In this document: in pieces, positions 53,917 through 63,716 of the stretch
Position numbering within the stretch: position 1 is the stretch's first letter
Layout of the letters: each line of letters opens with the position of its first letter
Assembly: GCF_965233565.1 (NCBI RefSeq)
Contig: NZ_OZ247494.1
Span: 4,011,246 to 4,075,245 of the forward strand
Source: Roseibium sp.
Lineage (GTDB): Bacteria > Pseudomonadota > Alphaproteobacteria > Rhizobiales > Stappiaceae
Direction: 5' to 3'
Length of the DNA stretch: 64,000 nt
Made by a program: the position numbers and the translations under genes
Notes under the pieces: generated by a model
Told to the model about the DNA's origin: nothing
The model's database searches: none
The model's input: the letters and a program-made list of their open reading frames with translations, nothing else

Positions 53917-56052
53917 CTATTTCGCCTCGATCTTCACCGCCAGCAGGTCCGGCAGGGTTTGCGGGGCCGCCATGCTGCCGAGGATCTGCGCCAGTGGCAC
54001 TGCGGCCGCAGGTGTCAGGGTCACTTTCAGCTCGCCCGGGTTTTCCAGAAACTTGGAGGCCGCGTCGCTCACCATCTTGGTGAAGGCCTCGTTCTGGACC
54101 GGCGCGGTGGCCTGGGCCGCCTGGGCAACCAGCGCCTCGCGGAAGACATTCTCCGGAATGCCCTGTTCTTCGGCGATATGGGCAATGCCCTTGGAAGCAA
54201 GGCCGTCGTCGCGGAAGGTCAGCGAGGCATCGACGAACTGCGCGACAATCAGCGCCATCTGACCCTGTCCTTCCGGATCCTCGAACAGGGATTTGGGCAC
54301 ATTGGCAAAGCGGGCCGACAGTTCGGCGCGGCCGAGGCCCTCAATCTCGACCATGAATTTTTCAAGGCGGAGTTCAAGGGTCGCCTCGTCCCAGTAGAGA
54401 CGGGTTTCATCCGACCAGACAACGTTTTCCAGGCCAAGCGCTGTGAAGAGGGCCTCCGCCTCGGGATCGTCGATGGCCCTGACAGGAACCTGGATGCCTT
54501 CGTTGCGCACAAAGACATTGGTCGGGATCGGAGACACCGTTGTCGAAACGGTCATTTCCGCAGCGCCGATCTTCACCTGGTCCTTGTCCGGCGTGACGAC
54601 GTCCAGTCCCTTGATCTCGTAGCCGAAGGACAGCGGCATGAAGGCCCGGGCAACGTCCAGCGGGTGGTCTTCGCCAAAATCGGGATCGGCCATCAGCGTG
54701 CTGATCATGGCGCGCATCGGCGTGTAGTCGGCAAATTCGATGTCGCCGATGGCCGCCCAGTCGAGCTTGAGGGAGGCCCCGTCCGGCAAGGACGGTGCGT
54801 CGAGGCCGACCAGCATCATTTCGCCGATGCCGTCGGAGTTGACGTCGGTCATCGCCATTTCCTTGATGGCGACAGTGACGTTTTCTCCTGGCGTCGGCGA
54901 CGGCGCCTGGACATTGATGCCACTGATGCGGGCGTCCGTGATGCCAAAGGAACGGTAGAACTGGAACACCCCGGTGATCAGTTCTTCCGGAACAGGTTCC
55001 TTCTTGGCCAGCAGGTCATCGAAGAGGCCAAGAAGATTGTTCTCCCGTTTGAGGAAGGTGACCTCACCGATGGCGGCCCGGTCGATTGTCATATCCATGG
55101 ACATGCCGTCAGGGAGCTCTTGCTGCGACGTGTAATCGACCGCAGACCCTTCCCGGACTATTACAATTTCCGTATCGCTCTCGGGAACGGCCGGGTCGAG
55201 CAGGTCGATAAAGGCTGCGACATCCATGTCGGAATAGACGGTTTTGCCCTGGCTGGTTGTCTGCGTCAGCATGCCGTTGCCGTCAGGCGAAGCCGTCTGC
55301 AGCGTCTGTGTCATGCTGTCGATCGAGTATTCGCCAACACGCCCGTCCGCAGCGTCGCTCAACCGGTAGCCATCCATTTGCATGGTGCCGGTAACAACCT
55401 GCACTTCCTTGCCGTCCTCCGTCGCAAACGCCTCGATGGTGACGGCCGTGCTGTCGACCTTGATCTCTTCATAGGACGCGAGCAGAGACGCCTTCAGGAA
55501 CGGCAGCCAGCGGCTGGCCTGGCGCTCCGGGTCTTCGGCCGGAAGCTCGGGCATGGTGAATCTGTAATCGGTTGCGGACACGCCGGTCATCCGGCCGTCA
55601 AGTTCAAGTCGGCCTTTCCCTTCGGCGGAGCCGGAAATGGTGAATTCGCTGTCATCCGAATAGATCCAGCTCGCTGCCTGGAAATCGCCGTCCTCATGGG
55701 TCAGCCCGTTGACCGTCACTGTTCCGCTTGAAAACGTAATCTCGTAGCTTAGATCGGTCTTGTCGTCCGCGTCTCCGTCCTCGGACGGAAGACCGCTGAT
55801 CGTGCCTTCCAGAGACAGCGTGCTGTCGGTGACGGTGAGCGTATCGCTGCCGGCATCATAGCTGACATTGCCGTTTTCGACGTCCAGGCCGAGGGCTTTG
55901 AGGCCGTCGACATAGGCATCGAATGCAGCCGTGCCCGTGTCCTGTGCCAGCGCGGGAGCGGAAATCAGCGCCAGCGCGGTGCTGAGGGTCAGGAACCTGG
56001 CGCGCGTCTTGGCTGATGTCGGAAAGGGAGCAGGTGTTGTCTGGAAAATCAA
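53917..56052 (-). CDS. Exported ~710-aa protein of unknown function, paralog 3
   Basis: TTG start 8 nt after GGAG, signal peptide ending ALA|Q; highly similar to paralog 2 in the C-terminal third. Confidence 0.87.
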   Translation of the reverse strand: MIFQTTPAPFPTSAKTRARFLTLSTALALISAPALAQDTGTAAFDAYVDGLKALGLDVENGNVSYDAGSDTLTVTDSTLSLEGTISGLPSEDGDADDKTDLSYEITFSSGTVTVNGLTHEDGDFQAASWIYSDDSEFTISGSAEGKGRLELDGRMTGVSATDYRFTMPELPAEDPERQASRWLPFLKASLLASYEEIKVDSTAVTIEAFATEDGKEVQVVTGTMQMDGYRLSDAADGRVGEYSIDSMTQTLQTASPDGNGMLTQTTSQGKTVYSDMDVAAFIDLLDPAVPESDTEIVIVREGSAVDYTSQQELPDGMSMDMTIDRAAIGEVTFLKRENNLLGLFDDLLAKKEPVPEELITGVFQFYRSFGITDARISGINVQAPSPTPGENVTVAIKEMAMTDVNSDGIGEMMLVGLDAPSLPDGASLKLDWAAIGDIEFADYTPMRAMISTLMADPDFGEDHPLDVARAFMPLSFGYEIKGLDVVTPDKDQVKIGAAEMTVSTTVSPIPTNVFVRNEGIQVPVRAIDDPEAEALFTALGLENVVWSDETRLYWDEATLELRLEKFMVEIEGLGRAELSARFANVPKSLFEDPEGQGQMALIVAQFVDASLTFRDDGLASKGIAHIAEEQGIPENVFREALVAQAAQATAPVQNEAFTKMVSDAASKFLENPGELKVTLTPAAAVPLAQILGSMAAPQTLPDLLAVKIEAK

Positions 56053-56173
56053 TGTTTTGGCTCCAATGATATGATCGGAAACGACGAAGGTCGAACCCGA
56101 TATAGGGGTATGTCTTAGGCCATTCCATGACTATGGCCCATTCTCATGCCAAGGTCGACTCACAGCGCCTATT

Positions 56174-57316
56174 TCAGGAAGTTACCGCCAGCCATTCGTT
56201 GCGCACCTGGTCGTTGTTTTCACCAGGAATTGCCTTGGCTTTTTCGGCCTGGAACTGCGTCGCCGGCGCCAGCTTTCCGAAGGCCCAGACAGCCGTACTC
56301 CTGACAGTCTCGTCCGGGTCTGCAAGGTGGTTTCGCACCTCTTCAAGCAAAGACTTGTCGCCGCTGTTGCCAGCGGCAGTCAGAACGTTGCGCAAAAAGC
56401 GGTTGCGGCCGATCCGCTTGATTGGGGATCCGGAAAAGAATGTGCGGAAGGCTGCGTCGTCCAGCTGGAGCAGATCCACCAGGCGTGGCGAGACAAGATC
56501 CTTGCGCGCGATCAGCTTCGCCTCCCGTGCGGTTTCAGCGAACTTGTTCCAGGGGCAGGCGGCCAGGCAGTCGTCGCAACCATAGATGCGATTGCCGATG
56601 GCATCGCGGAACTCCGCCGGGATCGGGCCTGAATGTTCGATCGTGAGATACGAGATGCAACGCCTTGCATCCAGCTGGTAGGGCGCCGGAAAGGCATCGG
56701 TCGGGCAGGCGTCGAGGCAGGCCCGGCAGGAGCCGCAATGATCGCGCTCCGCTCCGCTCGGGGGCAGCTCCAGTGTCGTGAAGATGGCACCGAGAAAGAA
56801 CCACGAGCCGAGCTCGCGCGAGACCAGATTGGTGTGTTTGCCCTGCCAGCCAAGCCCGGCAGCTTCCCCGAGCGGCTTTTCCATCACCGGCGCAGTGTCG
56901 ACGAACACTTTCACGTCGCCACCTCCGCGCGACACCAGCAGGCTTGCCAGCTCTTTCAGCCGCCCCTTGATGATGTCGTGATAGTCCCGGTGACGGGCAT
57001 AGACCGAGATGCCCCCGGAACCAGGGTCTTCGAGATGCGCCAGGGGATGGTTTTCCGGCGCATCGTCTGGGCCGTAATTCATTGCCAGCATGATGACGGA
57101 ACGCACGTCCGGCCACAGGGAGGCCGGCGCCGCGCGGCGCTCCGCGGTCTCCGCCATCCAGCCCATGGTTCCGTGATGGCCCTTGTCAAGAAATTCCTTC
57201 AGGCGCGCACCTGCCTGCGGGATGCTGTCGGCCGCAGCCACGCGAACACCGTCAAAGCCAAGCGTCGCAGCTTTCTCCTGAAAGGCTTTCAGCAGTTTTT
57301 CCGGTTTCGTATGCAA
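56174..57316 (-). CDS. queG: tRNA epoxyqueuosine(34) reductase
   Basis: [45 protein letters not shown] and [14 protein letters not shown] motifs. Confidence 0.96.
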   Translation of the reverse strand: MHTKPEKLLKAFQEKAATLGFDGVRVAAADSIPQAGARLKEFLDKGHHGTMGWMAETAERRAAPASLWPDVRSVIMLAMNYGPDDAPENHPLAHLEDPGSGGISVYARHRDYHDIIKGRLKELASLLVSRGGGDVKVFVDTAPVMEKPLGEAAGLGWQGKHTNLVSRELGSWFFLGAIFTTLELPPSGAERDHCGSCRACLDACPTDAFPAPYQLDARRCISYLTIEHSGPIPAEFRDAIGNRIYGCDDCLAACPWNKFAETAREAKLIARKDLVSPRLVDLLQLDDAAFRTFFSGSPIKRIGRNRFLRNVLTAAGNSGDKSLLEEVRNHLADPDETVRSTAVWAFGKLAPATQFQAEKAKAIPGENNDQVRNEWLAVTS

Positions 57317-57372
57317 CGCCCTCAGCCGACCGGCTCCCTCTTCGCGCGCGGCCCATCCGAACGTGAGCCCTC

Positions 57373-58065
57373 TTAGAAATCAAGATCGGTATAGGTGGGC
57401 GCTGGCGGCATGCCCAGCACCTTTTCACCCAGAAGCGGACGCATCGACGGCCGTGACTTGACCCGCGCATACCAGGTCTTGATGTCCTCTTCGCCGCTCC
57501 AGGGCACTTCGCCGAGATAATCGGCACAGGAAAGACCTGCCGCCAGGGCGAAGTCGGCAAAGGTCAGCCGGTCGCCTGCCAGCCAGCGGCGCGAGGCGAC
57601 CAGATAGCCGAAATATTTCAGATGATGATGGATGTTGGCACGGGCGACTCTCAAGGCCGCTGAGTCCGGTTCTCCGCCACCGGCGGATTTCGGCATGATC
57701 TGCTTGTAGATGCGCTCGCGCACCAGATGACCGATCACTTCCCGGTCGAACTTGTCGAGGCACCAGTCGACAAGGCGCCGCGTCTCGGCGCGGGCTTCCG
57801 GATGGTCCGGCATCAGCCGCTTGTCGGCAACCGCGTAGCCACGTGTCTCGTCCAGATACTCCATGATCGGTCCTGGTCCGCAAATGGCGGGTCCGTCATT
57901 TTCCACGATCACCGGAACCGTGCCGGCGGCGTTCAGCAACAACAGCTCCTGCGGCCGCTCCCAGGGATTGACGTGCTGCTCCTCGAAGGCGGCGCCATAC
58001 TCGCTCAGAATGAGGCGGATGAAGCGCGAGGAGGGGGAAAACGGATGGTGGTAAAGGGTCAGCAT
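57373..58065 (-). CDS. fzlA: GST-fold FtsZ-binding protein FzlA
   Basis: GST-like sequence ([38 protein letters not shown]) with the C-terminal YTDLDF typical of alphaproteobacterial FzlA; sits between queG and uppP. Confidence 0.8.
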   Translation of the reverse strand: MLTLYHHPFSPSSRFIRLILSEYGAAFEEQHVNPWERPQELLLLNAAGTVPVIVENDGPAICGPGPIMEYLDETRGYAVADKRLMPDHPEARAETRRLVDWCLDKFDREVIGHLVRERIYKQIMPKSAGGGEPDSAALRVARANIHHHLKYFGYLVASRRWLAGDRLTFADFALAAGLSCADYLGEVPWSGEEDIKTWYARVKSRPSMRPLLGEKVLGMPPAPTYTDLDF

Positions 58066-58282
58066 TGAGCGGTTAAGAGCCTGAATTGTGGCAAGACGAC
58101 GTCAGCGGCAGTGGCCTTATCAAAAGACGCGTTAACGCGAGTTTGCCCTGAATATGGTTATCAAGGGTTTGACGGCGCCCCTTCGCTCCGTCAAATAAGC
58201 GGCGGTTCCGGTCGTGCCCCGACGCGCGACAGATACTTGGTCAGGCTTACCCGCATCAAGCGATTTGGAGACAAGATACACA

Positions 58283-59089
58283 ATGGACGGCCAAACGATT
58301 GTAAATGCTCTGATTTTGGGGATCGTCGAAGGGCTGACCGAATTCATACCCGTCTCCTCCACCGGCCATATTCTGCTGCTCGGTCACTTTCTGGGCTTTG
58401 AAAGCACGGGAAAAACCTTCGAGGTGCTGATTCAGCTGGGCGCCATTCTGGCGATCCTGTCGGTCTATTTCGGCCGGCTGTGGCAATTGGCAAAGGCGCT
58501 GCCGAACGACCCCACCAGCCGGCGCTTCGTCTTCGGCATTCTGATCGCGTTCCTGCCGGCCGCCTTTATCGGCGTGATGCTGCACAGCTTCATCAAGGAA
58601 GTCTTGTTTGAAACACCGGCGCTGATCTGTACCACGTTGCTGGTCGGTGGCGTCATCCTGCTCTGGATCGACCGGCTGCCGCTCAAGCCGCGCTACACCA
58701 ATGTGATGGACTATCCGCTGTCGCTCTGTTTGAAGATCGGCTTCTGCCAGTGTCTGGCCATGGTGCCGGGGGTTTCGCGCTCCGGCGCCACCATTGCCGG
58801 CGCCCTTCTGATGGGCACGGACAAGCGCTCTGCGGCGGAGTTTTCGTTCTTCCTGGCCATGCCGACCATGGCCGGCGCCTTTACCTATGATCTTTTCAAG
58901 AACCGTCATGTGCTCTCCGCCGATGACGTCGTGATCATCACAATCGGTTTTGTCGCCTCCTTCATCGCCGGTGTCTTCGTGGTCAAGGGGCTTCTGGATT
59001 TCGTCTCCAAACACGGTTTTGCGCCCTTTGCCTGGTGGCGAATTTTTGTCGGTCTGGCAGGGTTTGCCGGGCTCTATTTTCTGGGCTGA
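58283..59089 (+). CDS. uppP: Undecaprenyl-diphosphate phosphatase BacA/UppP
   Basis: [17 protein letters not shown] and [10 protein letters not shown] motifs. Start ATG 58283. Confidence 0.96.
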   Translation: MDGQTIVNALILGIVEGLTEFIPVSSTGHILLLGHFLGFESTGKTFEVLIQLGAILAILSVYFGRLWQLAKALPNDPTSRRFVFGILIAFLPAAFIGVMLHSFIKEVLFETPALICTTLLVGGVILLWIDRLPLKPRYTNVMDYPLSLCLKIGFCQCLAMVPGVSRSGATIAGALLMGTDKRSAAEFSFFLAMPTMAGAFTYDLFKNRHVLSADDVVIITIGFVASFIAGVFVVKGLLDFVSKHGFAPFAWWRIFVGLAGFAGLYFLG

Positions 59090-59198
59090 GGGCGTTTGCG
59101 TCGTCCGGGACATGCAAAGGCAGATGAAAATCAAGGATTTTCAATCAAGTTCCCAGAACTGCGGAGAACGGAACCGCAGAGAACAACAGTTTAGGGCT

Positions 59199-60518
59199 TC
59201 AGGTTGGTTCAGTCTCTTTTGCAGCTTCGATTTTGGAATAAGCGTCAAGGTATTGTGCTTCGGTAATCCGGGACTGCTTTCTAAGTGTTTCTAACGTGTA
59301 TATTGCTGCCTCAAACTTTGGAAACGGATCAGAAGTAGGGCTGAAAAGAGTCGTTTTAAAACCCAGGATATCGTTTCGAATTGATGAACCCTGGTCAATA
59401 AAGAAACCGGCGACGTACCCGCTTTCTGGATCTGGTTCTGGAGCCGGATTGTTTATGCCTTGTTCAAATTCGTAGAAGCAGAACCCTTTCCTTCCAGTGT
59501 TTGAATTGCCGTATTCAATGAACATTTTGTTCGTATAGTGAGATATGTGTTCCTGTCCGTGATTGATGTCTTCAATGAAATTTAAAGAACGGTCGAGCAG
59601 CAATCCGTCAATAAAAACAATGCCGCTTCGACCCATGGACGTTGGTTTTTTTGTTATCTCGATGGTAAAAAAACCATAGGTAACAATTGTTCCCTCTCGA
59701 ATGGAAATTGTCATCCAATTTCCGATTTTATCTACTAGGTCATTTCGCCTTAGTCTCTTGTGTTTTTGTGCGCTGTAGTTGACCTCAATGGGTGGCCCCC
59801 AAAGTCGATGATTTTCCAGTTTTTCGAAATACTTGCTAAAAATCTTGACTGCATGGCGGTCGGAAGACAAAAATATATTTGAGTTTCTGGAGCCTGCCAT
59901 CCATCCGAAAAATACTTCCGTGTCATCTTCTTCATATTCAATAATCGTAAAATTTACTATTGGTGTACTGTGACGTAAAATCTTAATCTCGTGCGTCCCG
60001 TGAATTTTCTTCTTTCTTACACTAATCTGCTCGTAGCGCCCCGAAAAAAGCTGCGCGGGGCCAACGATGTCTGTCCACGTGCCTTCTTTTCCATTCTCTA
60101 GCCATGATGTATAGATTTGAGAGATTTCCGCTCCGTTTCTCTCGTCATAGTCGTATTCATCTATTCCAACAAAAGTATTTTTGACATCAACAGCGTGTTT
60201 CATCTTTCTTGCAATTCGAGGAAGGACCTCAGTGGATGGCCCTGCATATTCGATTTTCGTGTCGTTTTTGATGTTTTCGATTGCTCCAGCAATGTCTTCC
60301 TTGTTCAAATATTGCTGAATCACAAGTCCTGTAATGGCCGCAAGTAGAGCGACAGATAGTCGAATCCCATCCTCAATTGTCACATTGAGCATTTCTGCGA
60401 GCCAGGGAATAATCGTCAACGTCAGAAAACTCGAACCAAATAGGAAATAATTCCCGATCTGTAGCGTTCTTTTGCGACGTTGAAGCTTCTTCGTCTTGGA
60501 GTTAACTTTTTTGGCCAT
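59199..60518 (-). CDS. Low-GC hypothetical membrane protein (2 N-terminal TM helices + large soluble region)
   Basis: A 439-aa ORF in an AT-rich patch (hand counts of two sample lines gave about 37-38% GC). Basic N-terminus followed by two hydrophobic helices. Confidence 0.8.
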   Translation of the reverse strand: MAKKVNSKTKKLQRRKRTLQIGNYFLFGSSFLTLTIIPWLAEMLNVTIEDGIRLSVALLAAITGLVIQQYLNKEDIAGAIENIKNDTKIEYAGPSTEVLPRIARKMKHAVDVKNTFVGIDEYDYDERNGAEISQIYTSWLENGKEGTWTDIVGPAQLFSGRYEQISVRKKKIHGTHEIKILRHSTPIVNFTIIEYEEDDTEVFFGWMAGSRNSNIFLSSDRHAVKIFSKYFEKLENHRLWGPPIEVNYSAQKHKRLRRNDLVDKIGNWMTISIREGTIVTYGFFTIEITKKPTSMGRSGIVFIDGLLLDRSLNFIEDINHGQEHISHYTNKMFIEYGNSNTGRKGFCFYEFEQGINNPAPEPDPESGYVAGFFIDQGSSIRNDILGFKTTLFSPTSDPFPKFEAAIYTLETLRKQSRITEAQYLDAYSKIEAAKETEPT

Positions 60519-60720
60519 ATAAAATCTCTCGATGAGGTAACAATATGAATAGAAAGTGGGTAATCAACCTATGGTTTAATTTAACATATTACCTAGTGTA
60601 AACGCGTTTGCAAATGAAGATCAATTTTTTGAAATACAGCAATTGTATTTGTGAAAAAATCTATTTAAATTCAATGAAGTAGAGTTTTTCGTGATTTTTC
60701 GGAGGTTTTTCTTTGCGGGG

Positions 60721-61746
60721 TTACTTTTCAATCACTTCTAGCTGAGTTGCATAAAGCGCCGCCAGCTCTTCCAGCTCGGCTGCCAGTTCCTCTCTCAGAT
60801 TGATCGGTCCGACCAGCTCCGCGCCCGGGCCGAGCCATCTGACCAGCGGCAGGATGCGGGCGCGTTCGGTGGACGGAATGCTGATCAGCACCCGCCCGTC
60901 CTTCGCCGGTGTGAACACCGCGTGGCGGTAGTACCAGTCGGCGCTGAGTTTCTTGGCCTGGGCCGGCGTGATCAGGATTTCGGCGATGGCCTCCTCCTGT
61001 TCCCAGCGGCGCATGGCGCTGGACAGCCAGGCACCGCCGAGCAGGCTCTGGATCGAGAACTCCTTGTTGGGGCGAAAGAACATGCCGCTGATTTCCAGGT
61101 CCCGCACCCGGTCGGCGCGATAGACCTTCAGGACATTCGTGTCGACGCAGCGGCCGGCAAGATACCACAGGTCCCGGTCGAACATGACGCCGTAGGGTTC
61201 CACATCATGGGCCTTGACGGTTTGTCGTACCGGATTGACATGGTCGAAGCGCACCCGCTTGCCATCCAGGATACCGGCCATGAACCCGTCCAGAGCCGCC
61301 TGCCAGTCTTCGGTCGGCTGGGCCTTGGTGCCGGAATGAAAGATGTCCGGCGGGATCGGCTCGATTCCAACGATGCGGTCGGCGTCCTTCAGCAGCCCGT
61401 GCACCGTCTTCGGCAGGGAGGCAAGCAGCTTCTTTTCCGCCGCGTCCAGTTCGGCGGCCAGCGGCACCGTGCGGCTGGAGCGCACCAGTGCCATGGCCGC
61501 CAGCAGGGCGGCCGTCTCGTTGCGGGTCAGCGCCACAGGCGGTTGCAGATAGCCGCTGGCCAGCCGATAGCCGCCTTCCGCACCGCGCTCGGCATCGACA
61601 GGAACACCAAGCGCGATCAGCCGGTCAATGTCCCGGTAGATGGTTCTGAGCGACACCTTGAAGCGCTCGGCAAGGGCCGTTGCCGGCACCAGTCTGCCCC
61701 CGGTCAGCAGCAGCAGGATACCGAGGGCGCGTTCGATCGGGTTCAT
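60721..61746 (-). CDS. YafY-type HTH_11 + WYL/WCX domain transcriptional regulator
   Basis: LAERFKVSLRTIYRDIDRL HTH, EPYG...WYLAG and YRADRV motifs. The likely start is ATG 61746. Confidence 0.93.
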   Translation of the reverse strand: MNPIERALGILLLLTGGRLVPATALAERFKVSLRTIYRDIDRLIALGVPVDAERGAEGGYRLASGYLQPPVALTRNETAALLAAMALVRSSRTVPLAAELDAAEKKLLASLPKTVHGLLKDADRIVGIEPIPPDIFHSGTKAQPTEDWQAALDGFMAGILDGKRVRFDHVNPVRQTVKAHDVEPYGVMFDRDLWYLAGRCVDTNVLKVYRADRVRDLEISGMFFRPNKEFSIQSLLGGAWLSSAMRRWEQEEAIAEILITPAQAKKLSADWYYRHAVFTPAKDGRVLISIPSTERARILPLVRWLGPGAELVGPINLREELAAELEELAALYATQLEVIEK

Positions 61747-61919
61747 GAATTGGGTCTCAAAGGCGGTTGAATCAAAAAAAATCATACCCCGTGAACAGAA
61801 CGGGATCAAACATGACTCACAGCTGTCAGGATTGCTTTGTCATTCTCTCCCCGTCCCCAGCGAACCGGATGCGCAAGTCCCCGCGAACCGGACGCGTCAA
61901 TGCCCCTTGGAGAAGTGAG

Positions 61920-62156
61920 ATGAGCCTTGAGATCGACACCATTTTTCGCAGCCGTGCCCATAGCCGCAGCCTTCTGCTATCTGCCCTTCGTGCATGTGCC
62001 GAAGGCGTCCGCGATTATTTCAATCGCCGGGCAACTGACCGGGCCTTGTCTTACCTGAATGACGATGATCTGCGCGACATCGGCCTGATGCGCACGCCGG
62101 ATGGCTATCGCGAGCTGCGCAGTGACCGTTTCGGTCCGGGGTGCTGGAAGGGCTGA
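61920..62156 (+). CDS. DUF1127 (YjiS-like) small protein
   Basis: RRATDRALSYLNDDDLRDIGL matches the DUF1127 R....L..L.D..L.DIGL pattern. ATG 61920 follows GGAG. Confidence 0.85.
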   Translation: MSLEIDTIFRSRAHSRSLLLSALRACAEGVRDYFNRRATDRALSYLNDDDLRDIGLMRTPDGYRELRSDRFGPGCWKG

Positions 62157-62245
62157 TCCCCGCCGCCAAGTGGCAGCCTTTCATTTGCCCCGCCCCGCAC
62201 CGGAACAAAACCGCCCGTCCTGCCCCTGGGACGGGCGGTTTGCCT

Positions 62246-63505
62246 CTAGCCGGCGTTGCGTCGCGTCAGCGCCTTGATCTCCGGTTTGTTCCAGGCCAGG
62301 AACATGACCACCAGTGCGACCACCGCCGCGATGATGACGCCGTAGAACGGCAGATCCAGATCGAGCCCGATCAGCTCGCCGCCCAGCAGCGAGATGACGC
62401 CGGCCACCAGCGTGAAAACGGCAATGGTGACGCCCATCACCCAACCCTGCTCCTCGTCGCTGACCGCGGCCGAATAAAGGCCGAGGAACGTGGGATAGGC
62501 GATGCCGAAGACAAAATAGAAGCAGAAGATCGGGAGATAGGTCATCCAGGCCGCAGGCGCGGCGACAAAGGCGCCGGCAGACACGGCCCAGACCGTGAAG
62601 GTGATGCCCAGGATGGCTTCCTTGCTGAAACGCTTTTGTGCCGGCACCACCAGGAACGTGCTGGAAAAGGCGAGCGCTGCGCCGATCGTCAGCATCACCA
62701 TGGACCCGCCAAGCGTGCCGTAGCCGAAGCGGCTGGTCAGGTAATTGTCGACAAAGATGTAGAACGACAGATTGGCGATGTGGAAGAAGAAGAACACGAT
62801 CGTCAGCCGCAGCACCAGCGGGTATTTGCCGATGCGCAGGAGCAGCTCGAAAATCTCCGCCGGGCGGAACACGAATGTGCCGGTCTCCTCCGCATCGTGC
62901 TGATCCTTGAACGACGTGATGACGAGCACAATCGCAATCAGCACCAGCACGAAACAGGCATAAAACGGCAGCTTGACGCTGGCGATGCTGCCGATCAGCA
63001 CGGGATCGGACAAAAGCCCGCCGATCAGCGGTCCGCCGACCAGGCCGAAACTGACGCCCGTGATGATGTAGCCCATGTTGCGGTTGCGGTCCTCGTCATC
63101 GACGCTGCCATCGATCATCGCCGCCTGGGCGATCGGCTGGTTGCCGGCCGTCAGGCCGGTGATCGCGCGGCCGAGGATCATCAGGAGGAAACTGTTGAGA
63201 TAAAGCGCGACGATGGTCAGCCCGTAGCCGACCAGCGCACCGAACAGGCAGATCAGGATCGCCTTCTTGCGCCCGATCACATCGGAGAGTTTGGAGATAT
63301 AGGGCGCGCCGAAAAACCAGCACAGGAAAAAGACACCGATGATCAGACCATAGTCGAAATGACGGGCGGCCTCGGAGGTGTCCTTGGGCAAAAGCCCGGT
63401 GCCGGGCTCCATGATCAGGCTGTTGAGGATCGGAAACACAAGCCCCTGGCCGAGCAGGTCGACAAACACCACGAACAGCAGCGTGACCTTGGCAAAAAAC
63501 GACAT
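62246..63505 (-). CDS. MFS transporter, TetA/DHA1-like
   Basis: Motif A SKLSDVIGRKK, GRAITGLTAG, GPLIGGLL and about 12 TM helices. Start ATG 63505. Confidence 0.9.
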   Translation of the reverse strand: MSFFAKVTLLFVVFVDLLGQGLVFPILNSLIMEPGTGLLPKDTSEAARHFDYGLIIGVFFLCWFFGAPYISKLSDVIGRKKAILICLFGALVGYGLTIVALYLNSFLLMILGRAITGLTAGNQPIAQAAMIDGSVDDEDRNRNMGYIITGVSFGLVGGPLIGGLLSDPVLIGSIASVKLPFYACFVLVLIAIVLVITSFKDQHDAEETGTFVFRPAEIFELLLRIGKYPLVLRLTIVFFFFHIANLSFYIFVDNYLTSRFGYGTLGGSMVMLTIGAALAFSSTFLVVPAQKRFSKEAILGITFTVWAVSAGAFVAAPAAWMTYLPIFCFYFVFGIAYPTFLGLYSAAVSDEEQGWVMGVTIAVFTLVAGVISLLGGELIGLDLDLPFYGVIIAAVVALVVMFLAWNKPEIKALTRRNAG

Positions 63506-63716
63506 GAAGCCCCTCCCGATCCCGTGTCGATCTCCCAACGGTAGGCGAAGAGGCAGAAGGCGGCAATCAAAAGGTGAAACGGGCCGGACCCGCCATCCGG
63601 CGTTCCGGGCAAGGGCAGTGGCGCTTCATGCCGTTCCGGAACGCTGGGTATCATTTGTTCGAGGGCGCTCCGCAGCCGCAACAAGAAGGTGCTTCCCGCC
63701 TGCCGAAGCTGGGGCC

